DNA of 64,000 nucleotides from Vitrella brassicaformis CCMP3155 (lineage: Eukaryota > Protista > Chromerida). This document shows, in pieces, positions 23,561 through 37,851 of the stretch (its first letter is position 1; every line of letters begins with the position of its first letter). The translations under genes and the position numbers were made by a program. The stretch spans positions 69,598-133,597 of the forward strand of contig CDMY01000287.1 of NCBI GenBank assembly GCA_001179505.1, written 5' to 3'. Under the pieces are notes generated by a model that searched no databases, had not been told where the DNA came from, and was given only the letters and a program-made list of their open reading frames with translations.

Positions 23561-25200
23561 GGTCACGCAGTTGGCCGAACTCCCTTGCTGCGTCCAAGCA
23601 CAGCAGCCAAAGGGTGACAGTCATGTGTGTGAGGGAAGCTGCCTGTGTCATTCGCACGTACCCTTTCGCCCTCCCAACTTCCAGTCCTTGGCCGCAGCCT
23701 CACCTGCCTCCCCAGCTGCACCAAGACAGACACATGCAGCACACACATATGACGCGTCTGTGGTCCCATCCATGTACTGCACGTGTTGGCAAACATACCG
23801 GCCAGGCCCTCCGTCACCTCGCGGGCCTCCTCACCTGGATCAGCCACGCACACACACAGTTCCCATCAACGAATGTGCATTTGTCGATAATGTATTGCCC
23901 CCGCACCCACCGTCGTCGTCCTGGTCCCCCTCGCCCTGCTGGAGGTCTCGGCGCCGGTCGAAGTGCTCGGCGAACTCCGCTGCAAATGCACAAGAGACAC
24001 AACACGTATCAGCCTGACCGTGATGGCGTACATGTGCCAATGTCACCTTCGTACCATCATGCTGCAGGCGCGTGATCCCATAGGCACAAGCACGGCAGCT
24101 GTGCAGATGCCGAAGGCGCGAGTCGAATGAAATATAGGCTACATAGACGGCGATTTGCTTCTGAATGGCAACACAGACGGGAGACGGAATGCACAGACAG
24201 ACGGAGACATGCAATGCANNNNNNNNNNNNNNNNNNNNNNNNNNNNNNNNNNNNNNNNNNNNNNNNNNNNNNNNNNNNNNNNNNNNNNNNNNNNNNNNNN
24301 NNNNNNNNNNNNNNNNNNNNNNNNNNNNNNNNNNNNNNNNNNNNNNNNNNNNNNNNNNNNNNNNNNNNNNNNNNNNNNNNNNNNNNNNNNNNNNNNNNNN
24401 NNNNNNNNNNNNNNNNNNNNNNNNNNNNNNNNNNNNNNNNNNNNNNNNNNNNNNNNNNNNNNNNNNNNNNNNNNNNNNNNNNNNNNNNNNNNNNNNNNNN
24501 NNNNNNNNNNNNNNNNNNGGGGGGCTACCGGGGTCGCGAAGTTGGCCGAGTCCTCTCGCTGCGTCCAGGCACAGCAGCCAAAGGGTGACAGTTATGTGTG
24601 TGAGGGAAGCTGTTTGTGTCATTCGCACGTACCCTTTCGGCCCCCCATCTTCCAGTCGTCCCTCCAGTTGCCGGCCGCAGCCTCACCTGCCTCCCCAGCT
24701 GCACCAAGACAGACACATGCAGCACACACATATGACGCGTCTGTGGTCCCATCCATGTACTGCACGTGTTGGCAAACATACCGGCCAGGCCCTCCGTCAC
24801 CTCGCGGGCCTCCTCACCTGGATCAGCCACGCACACACACAGTTCCCATCAACGAATGTGCATTTGTCGATAATGTATTGCCCCCGCACCCACCGTCGTC
24901 GTCCTGGTCCCCCTCGCCCTGCTGGAGGTCTCGGCGCCGGTCGAAGTGCTCGGCGAACTCCGCTGCAAATGCACAAGAGACACAACACGTATCAGCCTGA
25001 CCGTGATGGCGTACATGTGCCAATGTCACCTTCGTACCATCATGCTGCAGGCGCGTGATCCCATAGGCACAAGCACGGCAGCTGTGCAGATGCCGAAGGC
25101 GCGAGTCGAATGAAATATAGGCTACATAGACGGCGATTTGCTTCTGAATGGCAACACAGACGGGAGACGGAATGCACAGACAGACGGAGACATGCAATGC
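23561..25200 (-). repeat. Near-identical direct tandem duplication of about 650 bp of family cassettes, separated by an N gap
   Basis: 23561-24218 matches 24525-25198 (AEFAEHFDRRRDLQQGEGDQDDD and GEEAREVTEGLA exons with identical introns), with a few differences. Confidence 0.7.
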
Positions 25201-25203
25201 ACT

Positions 25204-25575
25204 GGTGCTCTCTGACCCGCCCTCCACGCCTAGGATCTTCTGCAGGACGCTGTCGAGGAACGTGTCACTCATGGCTGCCGCGCACAGAGACCAGCGACAG
25301 ACAGACAGATCACTGTTCTCGCCTCGCTTCCCGTCCCAACACCCCACACAGCACGGCCCTCTGCGTACCGTGCTGCTGCTGCTCCTGATGGTGCCCGTGC
25401 TTGTGATGGTGCTCGTGCTTGCTGCACACCACAACACACACACACACACACACACCAGGCATGTGCACTCATTCATCCCGATTCCACTCCAGGGTGAGCG
25501 TGTCTGGGCTGTCTGCCTTTCTCACCTCAGGAAGCCCTTGTACAGCTTCGATTTGGGGTTGTACAGCACCATCTT
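25204..25575 (-). pseudogene. Second, shorter copy of the CSN3-like fusion segment
   Basis: Duplicates about 16735-17105: MVLYNPKSKLYKGFL exon, His-rich exon, then MSDTFLDSVLQKILGVEGGSEST, after which the homology breaks. Confidence 0.6.
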
Positions 25576-25899
25576 GTCTGGCTGCTGTGTCGCACAAGGG
25601 ACGGGAAGGCTTTGAGCAGCAACAGGTAGACGAGCAGCCGCACGCGACTACCGAAGAAGAGCACGAGAACGAGCAAGGGCAGCTGGAACGGGAACGGGTC
25701 GGGGCACACCGTCACACGTCGATGCGAACGAGCGTATCAGCCGCTCTGCTGAACCTCTTGGCGCTCAGCTGCCTGGCACTGCGATGCGAGGCTCTTCGGT
25801 TCCGTGTCGGTGCTCTCCTCGGCACCAGATGACTCTTGGCAGACACACAAGACATACAACACGTATACGAGAGTGCCGAATGGTGCTCTGTGTCACCTG

Positions 25900-28860
25900 C
25901 GACTTACCTCCCGTTGGCCAAATAGGGCAGCTGCATCCAGGCCGGAGGGCGAGGGTCGAATGAAATATGAGCCACAGGATATAAAATGTAGACGGCGATT
26001 TTCTTCTGAGACCATATGAGCAAACATATACGACCGTCGACAGGGTGTTTGTGCACACATTCGGGGCCTCTCTGGTCACTCAGCCACACGTACCTTCCTG
26101 CCTCTCCTCCTGCTCCTGCTGGTCCATCTGGGGCTCGGCCTCCTGCTGCTGCTCGTCTGCAGACAAGCCAGACACCCAATGTCATATCTGTAACAGCCGT
26201 CCGTATCCGTCAGTGGGCCCACTGACCGCTGCCGCCGACGAAGTGGCTGTCGTCGCCTTGGTAGCCCAGGAACCAGCTGGGGTGGCTGCGCACTGAGTGG
26301 GCATATTGGCCGTTGAAGCCCACCACCCACCAGAATTCTGCATCAATCGGTACACACAGCCCAACACACAAGGGTGTCTGTGTGTGCGTTTGTCGATAAT
26401 GTATTGCCCCCGCACCCACCGTCGTCGTCCTGGTCGCCCTCGCCCTTATCGCGGTCTCCCCGCTGCAGTGAGTGACTGAGATTGTGAGTGTGTAGCATTA
26501 TAAGCTGACATCCATCCATCCATCCGAAGGGCGAACGAAACACCAAACCACGCACTGAGGGAGGCAGTGAGGGAGCGGGGGAGTGAGTGAGTGAGTCGGG
26601 CAGGGAGAGAAGGGCGCGGCGCAAAACTGGCAGGCAGACAGACAGACAGATAGACAGACAGACAGACAGAGAGCCAGCCAGCCACACAGCACAGCACAGC
26701 GGCAGCAGGCCTTCATCAGCACCGGGTCTGTTCACACAGAGAGATAACCAGAAGGGACCGACACAAATCTACTCCACACAATGTGTGTGTGCGTGTGTGT
26801 GGACATCTTACCACGATGTGCAGCCAGGTGTGTGTGTGCGGGCCCAACGGGCTGACAGACAAGACACCAGGTACAGAGAAACAAACATGGCTGAGATGCG
26901 GACACCATTGCTGAGCAGTTCCTCTGGTCACTCCACCCACCACCAGGCGATAAGCGACGGTACGTCTGGTTGTCCGCTGACATGACACACAGCAGGAAGC
27001 AAATGCGTTGATGCGAACATCAGCCATTACGTAATGCATTCACAGTGTCCTCACCACCACAACGGGCGGGCGAACTTAAGTCCAGGACGCTTGAGCCCAC
27101 AGGTACACATACTGCTTCTGCTGCACAGATGGATAAACATGGAGGGAGGGAGGGGCGTGTGTGCAGTCGAGTGGATGATACATACCTGGATGGCCGCCGG
27201 CTGCTGCTGGTCGTCCTGCTCGGCCATCTGGCGGCGCTGCTGCTCGGCGGCCTCCTCCTCGGCCATCTGGCGGCGCTCGGCCGCCTCCCGCTCCTCGTCT
27301 GCTGCAGACAGGCAACACACCCGATGTCATTTGTGTAACAGCCGTCCGTATCCGTCAGTGGGCCCACTCACCGCTGCCGCCGGCGAAGGGGATTTCATCG
27401 CCGTAGTTGCCGAGGAACCACTGCGGGTGGCTGTGGACGGGGTGGGCGTATTGCTGGTTGAAGCCCACCCACTAGAAGTCTGCATCAATCGGTACACACA
27501 GCCCAACACACAAGGGGTGTCTGTGTGCACAGTGATGTGTCGCCCCCACACACAGACATACCCTCGGGCTCCTCGTCGGTCCCCTCCCGCTCGGCCAGCT
27601 CCACAGCTGCAGCGACACAGACACAGTGAGCACGTCCATCTCTGTCGTGTACGATGATCACTGATTGATTCCTCCTACCAGCTTGCATCTCCGCCTCTGT
27701 GACGAAACGGCACGCAACACATGCCATGCCGTGGAGCATACTTATCGGCAGCAGGCCTTGACCGAGGGCCCTGCTCACACAGAGAGAGATAAACACGAGG
27801 GATCGATACAAACTACCCCACACTCACCATATAAATATACATGTGCATGTGTGTGGACATCTTACGGCGATGTGTGGCGGTTTCGATGTGTGAGGGCCCA
27901 AAGGTCTGACAGACAAGACACCAGACACCGAGTAACAAACATGGCTGAGATGCGGACACTATTGCTGAGAAGAACCCACCAGCAGCCGGTAACCCAACGT
28001 CCGTCGCATCGTCCCCTGACAACACACAGCAGGAGGCAAATGCGTTGATGCGCCGCGCCCATCAGCCATTAATGCATTCACAGTGTCCTCACCACCACCA
28101 CGGGCGGGCGCACTTGAGTCCACGCCTGACCCCACAGGTAGACGTAGGTCTTCTGCTGCACCGTCGCCGCCTGCTGCTTGAGCTGGTGGACCTGATTGAC
28201 ACACGACACACATGGGCGGCCTAGGGGCGTGCGTGCAGTGGAAGGGATGATACCTTGATGGGGGCCGGCTGCTGCTCGTGTTGCTGCTGGTCGTGCTGCT
28301 CGTCAGCCGCCTCCTCTGCAGACAGACAGACAGACAGACACACAGACAGACAGACATGGACCGCATGAGCAAAGAATGTCGACAGGGTGTTTGTGCACAC
28401 ACATTCGGGGCCTGTATGGTCACTCAGCCACACGTACCCTCCTGCCTCTCCTCCTGCTGCTTCCGCTGGTCTTCCATCTGGCCGGCGTCTGCCGCCTCCC
28501 TCTCCTCGTCTGCAGACAGGCCAGACACCCAATGTCATATCTGTAACAGCCGTCCGTATCCGTCTGTGGACCCACTCACCGCCGCCAGATGAGTTGTCGT
28601 CGCCTTGGTAGCCCAGAAACCAGCTGGGGTGGCTGTGCATGGGGTGGGCGTATTGCCGGCCGAAGTCCATCCACCAGACGTCTGCATCAATCGGTACACA
28701 CAGCCCAACACACAAGGGGTGTCTGTGTGTTCATTTGTCGATAATGTATTGCCCCCGCACCCACCGTCGTCGTCCTCGTCGCCCTCGCCCTGCAGTAGGT
28801 CTCCCGCTGGTCGAAGTGCTCGGCGAACTCCTCGTTGTCGGGCCGCTGCTCATCTGAACA
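25900..28860 (-). pseudogene. Three consecutive micro-exon family units, each with a Trp/His cassette
   Basis: W cassettes at about 26226-26339, 27370-27479 (TGG>TAG) and 28576-28679. Terminal exons SVKACCR* (TAA 27742-27744) and LMKACCR (stop mutated TGA>TGT near 26695). Confidence 0.6.
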
Positions 28861-31649
28861 AACAACAGACCGGTACAGTGCACCTGCCTGCCTGCCTGCA
28901 TGCCATCCATCCATCCATCCATCCATCCATCCAATGGCGCATCCATCGACCAATACGTACCCTTCTTGGCGGCCTTGGCGAATCCCTGATGTGACTCGTC
29001 CCCTTGCTGACCAAGGAAGAGAGAGAACGAAGCGAAGGCGTACCTGCGACGACACGCCGCAGGATTGTCCCAAAGACCAAAGCAGACCACATGTGTATGC
29101 AAGCTGCTTTGCTGTCGTGCATCCCGACCACAGGTTGTGTGACATTCTGACCTCGGACCGTTGCCACACCATCTTGGCAGCCAAAGGCGCGCGAAGGCCT
29201 CACAACGCTCCATCTGGACGCAACACACGAATGACCACACATACAGGATAGGGATGAGCGAAGGAATGGGCCCCGTCTGCCTTTCCTTCCCTCAGAGAGC
29301 TGTCCGGTGGCTGGCGCCCGCTATCGAGCTTGGGCTGCACCTGAATTCAACAAAAAGGACAAGTGCAGTGCCGAGGGTAACGTCGCCTTCTCAGTCGCCA
29401 TCTTAGTGGCGCTGGGGGTCCATGTCGGGTGAGGGCGAGGGTGCGAATGGGCTTCGACGTGAAGTTACCTCTCGTGACCAAACGGAAGGCCCACGGCCCC
29501 AACTGCCAGGCCCCAAGTAAACTTGCCCTGTGGCGAGGGGGGGAAGGAGATGCGAAGGGGAGGCGGCAACGAAGCTGGAATGGAAGCGGTTTGGAGCGAA
29601 CAGATTGTTCTTGAAACGGTTTCTCGCGCGTCTCCGCCGAGAAATAAATTTCTCGCCGGAACGCCGTGTCGCCTCCATTACCCGTTGGATTCAGCGACGC
29701 AGGCGGGTCGGCGATAGACGATGAGTAGCCTGCAAGAAACCAGAGACAGAAGAGAACGTTTTTGCCGATACGGAAGCCAGGCAGCCGCTAGACGCCGTGC
29801 TTCTCTCTCTCTCTCTCTCTCTGCGATAAGATCTCAGGACTCGGAGGGTTGACGGCTTCACCGCAGGGAAGACCAGCAAGGCAAGGGGTCCAACAGCCTG
29901 GAATCCAGTGGGCCGGCGTTGCTGTCTGAAGGAAAAGACAGAGAAGACAACGAACGGAGACAAGAACCTCTTTCTTTTCGTCTCCCGTCTCCAAAAGCGG
30001 CGGGAGGAAGCGGCGGGAAACCTACCAAGGCAAAGCGCTTGCCTGACTGTCTTTTACGACCAAACATCTGCTCCCAATCCTCATTTTATTCGACATCGAC
30101 GGGGAGCGGGCTGTCTTGAAATCTGACTAGAAGACGACAACATTGAAAATTCCAAGTCGGATACCATGGGGAGACACCATTTGCAGGGGCGTGCAGGTGG
30201 CTTACACCCTACACAGCGCATACACATGTCAGCGCACTCGCACTCATCAACTCGCGCACTCATCCACTCACCTGTCACTGAGAGGTGGTTGGCCGACTGA
30301 CCAACGAAAGAGCGCCTCTCGCACGAGCGTGCCGACACCAGCGGGGCATTGCCGCCCTTCACTGGTAAGCCGAAGGAAGAGGACGGCTGCCGACGAGGGC
30401 ACAAGTGGCGAGTGGTCACGAGGGAACGGACGGCCAGGGAGGGCCATGGGAGGCCGAGGCGGGGCGAATGCGGCGGGGCACTGAGGAAGGCGACACAAAC
30501 CGAACACAAAGGAAGGGAGCGGAGAGCGGGAGAAGGCAACGAGGCTGGATGGAAGCGAATGGAGCTGCGGAATAAAAAGATTTGCGTCGCGCGTCTCCCT
30601 GAGAATTTACATTCTCGCCTGCTTTCCCCTTCGCCCTTTCGCCCCCAATTTCCACACTGGAAAAGGGCCATCCAAAGCTTTGTGCCCCATCTGGGCAAGA
30701 CATGGCCCGAAATAGGAGCGTACTGCAAGAGGGAGGCGTGGCTGCCCTCTTGTCTGTGGCTGGTCTGCGGTCTTTCTTTGTTCGCCATCCAGATGCGGAT
30801 AAATCAGTTCGACTCCAAAGGATTTGGCAGAGCGTCAGGCCCTCATGCATCGACATACACACGCCACACGCGGCAGTGGACAGATCGGAGGACAAGTCCG
30901 CAAAATGTTCATGGTGTAGAGAACTTAAGTTGTCAACAGCACGCAAACATACAGGACACAGCAGCAGTGAAGGTCAGCTACTCGCACTGATTATGCAACT
31001 AGCCAGTCGAGGGCCAGGCAGTCAGTCTAGAAATGGCGTATGTGGTGCACACACAGCGTGTCAGCCGATGACGTGGATGTCTGTGAGTCTGTGTGTGTGC
31101 ATCAGGTAAGCCAAATGAGCACACCGTGCAGTCCACCCACCCACCGATTCACCCACCCCCACCCAGTCGGTTACGCAGTCGCGCCGTCAGGTCAGTGAGT
31201 GCACAGGCCACCATTACAGGTACATGACAGCAAATCAGTGTGTGGAACCGGTCAGGTTATGTGTGTGTGTTGGGTGTGTGTTGATCAATGAGGGCAACAG
31301 CATTCATCGCCACACACGCCAGGGAGTCAGTCAGTCGCTGAGCGAGCCAGCAAGTGAGAGGAAACATGGGAGGGATCACATACATACAAACAGCTAAGGT
31401 GTGCACCAATCGGCCGGTCGGTCAAGGAGGTCACGCGGTCGCTGGCCGGCGAGTCAGACAGATAGCCGGCCTCACACACACACACACACACGCAAAATGG
31501 ATACGAGGCACTGCGGTGATCATCCACCCTGCCCGCCCATTATTGTGTACATGATGCCCGCAAAAACAAGAGCAAGACAGAGAGGCAGGAAGGCCCGCAG
31601 GCGGACAGACACACATAACCCAGCAAAGCGACTCACTTTCAGGAATGCA

Positions 31650-34600
31650 AGAGCTAGTCTGTCTACCGGTTTGGTATCTATTGCTGTGCGGCACGTGAAG
31701 TGAAGAGCAGGTCGTGTTGTGTCTATTCGGTCACTGAGTGGCTGGCGAGCCACCACTCACACCGCACACGAACACACACACACTCATCCTGTCTGCCGGT
31801 AGCTAGCTGACTGAGCGCTGCGGCCCCAGACCTGTGTGGGTGTGCGTGTGTGGCAACTACAAACAAAGGCAGGTCAGGACGCCACACTTGAGTTGACGTC
31901 CACATCAGTCCATCCACACGGACCCGAATCCTCATTGCACACACACGCAGGCCACACCCACACATACGCGCGTATGTGTAGCCAGCCAAGCAGCCGCCAT
32001 CAGAGTGGTCCAAGCAAGGCTCTCTCTTGTGTTTGTCTGTGCACCCAGCATACGTATACATACTCCATTCATCGATTGACCGATCAGTCACGCACGTCGA
32101 GTCGACTGCACACCACACACTGCCCCCACGGCAGCCATCGTGTGGCCTCAAGATGACCAACAACACCCTGTCCTCTCCCCCGCCAGGCCTAGGTGGATGG
32201 ATGATGGATGTGTGTGCATCAAACGTGACCAGATCGCACTCACTGACAGCCGGCCCTTGGCCCATCCCTCAACCATATGTGGGGACGGACACATCTATAG
32301 CTGTCATGGATGACTGGGGGCCCGGTGGGGGGGGTAGATTGAAGAAAAGTAGCGACAGACAGAGAGAAAAACCGAGCGACGCACATGCGTATGTATGTGT
32401 GCATGTGCACAAACCAGCCAGACAGACAACACACCAATCGCCCCTCCCGTCCGTCAGTCCCGCCATCCAGGCACTCCTTTGAGTACGTGTCTGTCTGTGT
32501 GTGTCCAGAGTAGCAATCTCTCACGCGAGTCACGCTTGTGCATCAAGAAAAGTCATCTCAGTCGCCCCCTCACACAGTGACGGTGTGGTGTGGTGTGTCC
32601 ACGTGTGCGCTGGCTGGGGCGGCCGAGACAGACAGCCCAAAGGTCCGTTTGGCAGTCACGAGAGTCAAGAATCAAGGCATCCATCACGCAGCAATCTTGC
32701 GGCCATGCAGCCGAGCTATAGGTAGAGATAGAGGGGTAGAGAGAGCGAGATGGGATGTGGTGTGGACTGGAGTGGACACCTCGCTCACTCGCTCACTCCT
32801 TGTGCGTCCATCCGTGGAGTACACACACGAACTTACCGACGCACACATAGATACGTACGTACGTATGGAGTGGAGTGCAGTGCAGTGCACCACTCCTGAC
32901 TGACTGACATGTGTGTCGTGTGTATGTGCGTTGCATGAGTGACGAAAAACCAACCAACCGACCACGCCACGTCCATCCCTCCATCCATCCCTCCATCAAG
33001 AATATATAGATATCATGACCCGATCCAGTCAGCCATGAGATAGATAGCATTCCATGGACGGTCGAGTCAGTAGGGATTAGGAAGTGAGTAGGGGGTGATG
33101 GTGGCTGGGGTGGTGGTGACTGATGTGATGTGTGGTGGACGGACAACTTATGCCCCTCTCTCCCCGATAGTCAGCCAGCCATATATATTCACCATTCCAT
33201 TGATACGATGACATCACATCAACAACACACACAAAACAAAGCAAAAGGCCGAGCGATCACATCAATTAACACATCCATCCATCCAGCCAGGCAGCGAACA
33301 CACTCGTACGATCATCGTCATCCATCCACAAGCCTCATGGATGGCATGGCTCCCATGCCATCCATGCCATCCGTCCACTCGACACGCCCCCCACGGCACA
33401 CCACACTGCGAAAAATCAAATTCATAATCAATCGGTCATCATCATTGTTTGTCATCATCCCCAAGATGATGTCATGTCATGCTAAAGCACTGTACACCAC
33501 CGCACGACGGACACACCATTAGCCGCTGCCCCTCACACTCAGACCACAGACACCAGCCGTCAACCCACTGCATAGCCACACGTGCGCGCGTGTTATCGAT
33601 CAATCAGACTGAGTGGGTGGGTGGGGTGACTGAGAAAGAGCTGGGAGGACGGCCGAGCCGAGCCGAGCCGCGTGTTTGCTGTGGGTCGGTCGTCGAAAGA
33701 AAAAGACGATATATATACGGACGGCGTGGAGGGGTGGAGAGGGGAGAAGACAGATTACGCTTAGATAGATTACGGCCACACGTGGGTGGGATGACTGAGA
33801 GAGACCAGCCACCCAGGCAGGCAGGCCGGCCAGTCGTCGTCCAATCGCACCACACACACCAAGAGCACGCAGTGAGTGAGGGAGGGAAGTCATCAATCAT
33901 CGGCAGCTGGATTTCAGGGTCGGGCCTGCACACGGTCAGTCAACAGCAAGGGTCAACACACAATTAAGTGTCTGTCCGCCTTATTCGCCGCACTCGTGTA
34001 TATATGTACGGTGAGTGCATCTCACGGCGGTGGTGAGCGGCTGGCGGCGTCATGGTGGGCAGCGGCAGCGACTGACAACACACAAAGCACCAGGGAGATC
34101 CCTCATGAAGACCTCCTCCCTGACGTCCATCCATTCACCCACCGGCTGCGTCAGCCAGCTCTGTCTCAGGATGGTGGGCGAGCGACTGGGCGAGGGCACG
34201 AGCGCCTGACGCACCAGGCACACAGAAACAAACACAAAGCGCGAGATGCGGACACACATCAGTCCATCCATCCACTCATGTGTGTCGCTCGCGAACCACC
34301 ACTCTGTAGCCAATGGTTTTCGTGATGGTGCGCTGACACAACACAGCAGGAAGCGACAATGGGTGTGTGTACGTATGGACACACTGATGATGCGCTCACC
34401 GTCGCTATGACCGCTCCCGGTGTCCACTCGAGGCTCTGTGGCACGTGCACATCCTGGTCCTGCTGGTCCTGCTGCTCCTGCTGCTGGGGCGCCACCTCAG
34501 CGATCTCCGGCGCCTCACTGTCGCCCTCAGGCCGCACGTCGCCCTCTGCAATCCATCAGTGGGCGTACACGCAGAAAAGACATCCGTTGACTTGACATGT

Positions 34601-35420
34601 GTGTGTCTTCATGCCCATGCGGTGAATACGTACCTGCCGCCAGCTCAGCACCGTCGTCAGGTCGCTGCTGCTCGTCTGAACCACCCAAGGCAACAATGGC
34701 AAGGCCTTTATCCTTACCCTCTCAGACATCAACGCACAGCACTCTTACCGTCGCCGTGGCAGCCTGAGAACCACTGCGGGTGGCTGTGCACAGTGGGGTC
34801 GTGCTGTCGCTGGTGGTCATCTACCCATATGTCTGTATCGATACACACAGCCCAACACACAACGGTGTGTGTGTGCACAGTGATGTGTTGCCCCCACACA
34901 CACAGACATACCCTCGGGCGGCTCCTCGTCGATGCCCTCTCGCTCGGTCCGCTCCACGGCTGCAGCAGCACAGACACAGTGAGCATGTCCATCTCTGCCG
35001 TGCGATGATCACTGATTGATTCCTCCTACCCGCCCTCTGCGCGGCCGTCGCGTCGTCTTGCTCCTCTCCTGCAGAAATGACATGAGACAACGAGCAGGGA
35101 GGCGCCCATGTGCTATAGGACAGATGTACGCGTATCTCTCTAGATATTGACGTAGTACCTTCTGGCTGGCTGTGGTCGTGGCTGCCGTCCTGCTGGTGGG
35201 CTGGCTGGGCCTGCTGCTGCACCCAACCAACCACACACGAGAAGGGTAATGTGTGTGTGTGTGTGTGTGGTTGTGTGCGTCACGACACTGCTGATTCTCT
35301 CGTGTGTGCATACCTTGGCCTTCGGCTTGGCGGTGGGGGAGGCTGGGAGGGACTCCTGCACACATGGGCGAGGCTGTATACAACCATGACAAGAAAGAGC
35401 GACACGTGTGACTTAGAGGA
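31650..35420 (-). repeat. Left arm of a diverged inverted duplication; contains a family unit (33897-35520) ending LKSSCR*
   Basis: 31650-31950 matches rc 43130-43430, 33800-33870 matches rc 41690-41790, and 33900-35420 matches rc 39860-41390, in mirror order. Confidence 0.7.
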
Positions 35421-35705
35421 GACAGACGGACACAAAACCATCCTTGGATACCTGGGTGGCTGACTGGTGCTGGTCCTGCGTGGCTGATGTTGCCACCTCC
35501 TGCTGCTGCTGCTGCACACAAGTATCACACAACATCACAACACACACACGGGAATGCACGACAAGTCACGACCACCAATAAGAGGCGTGTGTATATGGGC
35601 AGGCCACCATAAGTGTGTCATTTCTTCCTGCGTACCTCCGTCTCCTGTTGCTGGGCAGTGGGGCCGGGCGACGCTTCCTGCACACACACACATGTACAAG
35701 AGATG

Positions 35706-37210
35706 TCATGACATTCTTCGTTTAGCGTCCAGCACGTTTCTCGCCTGGTGCGAGTCCTGCTCTTCATCATCATCATCGCCGTCGTCGTCGTCGATGTCGT
35801 TGTCGTCGTCGCCGCTGTCGTCAATGTCCCTCTCGAGCTTTTGCTCATCGCCGAAGTTGGACGCAACTGACAGCTGGTCGAGTTCGTCCCCCTCCTCCTC
35901 TCCCCCAGACGACTGCATACATACAGCCAAAAGATGGACCTGCTATGCACTGCTCATTTATTCAACTCAGTACTACCAGGTTACCTCGGCCTCCTCTGAC
36001 TCCCACTCGGCCTCCTCCGGCTCCGAGTCCTCCTCCTCCCTCAGCTCCCTGTCCTCACCGATGGACGGCATGCCTGGGTGCCAGAGGTTCTCCTTCTGCA
36101 CGCAACCAACACAGCACACACAAGAAGCGACGTGTGTGTGTATCCATGTGTATGCTGTGATAGCTAGTACATACCTTGCTGTCGCGTCGGGTGCTCGAGG
36201 ACGCCGCCACGCCCTGCATGCACACATGCATGCACATGTCACATGACACACTCCTGTGAGCAAGTGCGTTACCGTAGGCTCAGGCAGCTCGGTGTCGTCC
36301 CCCTCGCCGTTGTCTGCACACAGACAGAGAGAGGCAGGAGGCAAGGAATACCCATGCACGCATAGAGGGAGATGATTGTCGTTTGAGTGCGCGAGTACCT
36401 ACCGTCGTCCCCAGACTCGCCTTCGCTCTCCTCCTCCTGCTCCTCGGCATCGTCGGCAGGTGCTTGAGAGGCCTGTTGGACACAACCAGATGAACGAAAC
36501 ATTCATTTATTCATTCATTCACTCACTCACTCGCAAAACGACTTACCTCATCGTCTTGCGAGTCGTTTTCCATCGGCCCGTCCTCGATGGCCGCCACCGC
36601 CCCCTGCTGCTGCACCTGCACACAATCAGCAGAGGACGCAAAGGGAGCGACGCGTGTGTGTGTGCGTATGCAATTGGCAAGACACACGACATGGTGCGCT
36701 GTCGTACGTACCTGGGCGGCTTGTAGCCGGTCCATCGATGCGAACAGTTCCTGTACACGCGTGCACACCCATGCCAGCAGTCGGGTGAGAGACCCCCGAG
36801 TTTGCAAATAGGTACCCTACCGCTGCGTCGGGCAGCTCGAGCCCCTCATAGTCACCATCCTCCTCATCAGCAGCAGCTGCCTGCTGTTGCTGCTGGTGGT
36901 GGTGGTGTGGCGGCCCCTGATGCTGTTGCTGCTGCGGCTGCACATAGCCATCAACAAGCAGCAGCATGTGCGTATGCATATCGTGGGGCGGGCGGGTGGC
37001 TACCTGGGTGCTCTCTTGCCGTTTCCCTGGAGCCTCCTGGATATGATGTGTGGCACCAGGACACATACAAACGAACACTCTCCACCATTTCACATGACAC
37101 ATCGGTGGGCTGATGGCCTACCACTGTTTGGACGGGCTTCCTCTTGCCCTCCCCCTCCTCATCAGCTGCCGCATCAGGCGGCCGGTCCCTCCCTCGGAAC
37201 TGAAACACAC
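35706..37210 (-). CDS. Hypothetical Asp/Glu/Gln-rich low-complexity multi-exon protein
   Basis: Exons such as QQQQQAAAADEEDGDYEGLELPDAA, VQQQGAVAAIEDGPMENDSQDDE, EDRELREEEDSEPEEAEWESEEAE, DELDQLSVASNFGDEQKLERDIDDSGDDD. A related exon lies at 56652-56790. Confidence 0.4.
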
Positions 37211-37851
37211 AACCGAATTTGGATCTGGATCTGGATCTGGAGCGGTCGCATTCTTTCCTCCCTCCTTACAGCGCTGGGCCTCCAAGGTCGTCGAGGGGGT
37301 GACGGGAACATGGCTCACACACACTGCTGTTGCTCTCAGTGTGTCACCTGAGGAGATGCAATCATTCATTCTTCTGGTGAGACTCATTCACGCTCACCTT
37401 GTCGAATATGATGACGCACTCGGCAGACAGAAACGCTCTTCAGCTTCCTGTCAAGCCAAGCTCGCAACCAAAGCTCGCAGCTGCTTGGCGAATTTCATAG
37501 CAGGCGGAGCAAGCGAAGAGAAGACCTGCACTAGGTGAGTCGGTGGGCACGTCACTCTCGCACCTCCTCGCCATGTCGGTGACCATCTCGCAGATCAGCC
37601 TGTGCCACGGTCACTCACACCCATCTGCACGTCAGGGCAGGCCACGGCAGCGAGGCACGACAGGACAGACAGAAAAGAGCCGAAAAACGGGGCGCCAATT
37701 CACTTGAGGTGTCGATCTCTGTGTGTGCAGGAACGGGACTCTTCTGCACACACATACGCACACACCGGTAAGCATGACATCAGCCGGCAGGAAGGAGAGT
37801 CGGAGGGGGTGCCCGAGACATAGTGTCTCTGTGTTTATTCACTCAGGCATC

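Larger units (their letters stand above)
3460..24518. other. Five assembly gaps of exactly 300 N (3460-3759, 10460-10759, 20019-20318, 23242-23541, 24219-24518)
   Basis: Uniform length. Several are flanked by duplicated poly-G/C sequence, which indicates placeholder gaps. Confidence 0.95.

Noticed and set aside
23561-25198. Tandem 650-bp duplication as a biological event of its own
   Set aside because: Both copies abut 300-N gaps, so allelic or assembly redundancy cannot be excluded without long reads.
28950-31100. Microsatellite-poor segment with 180-235 aa ORFs on both strands, a possible transposon or gene
   Set aside because: No RT, transposase, integrase or other recognisable motif, and no terminal repeats seen. 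Left unannotated.
37430-37498. MKFAKQL resembling an SPX-domain start
   Set aside because: An in-frame TGA follows after 15 codons and there is no recognisable YKxLKK or downstream SPX sequence in frame.
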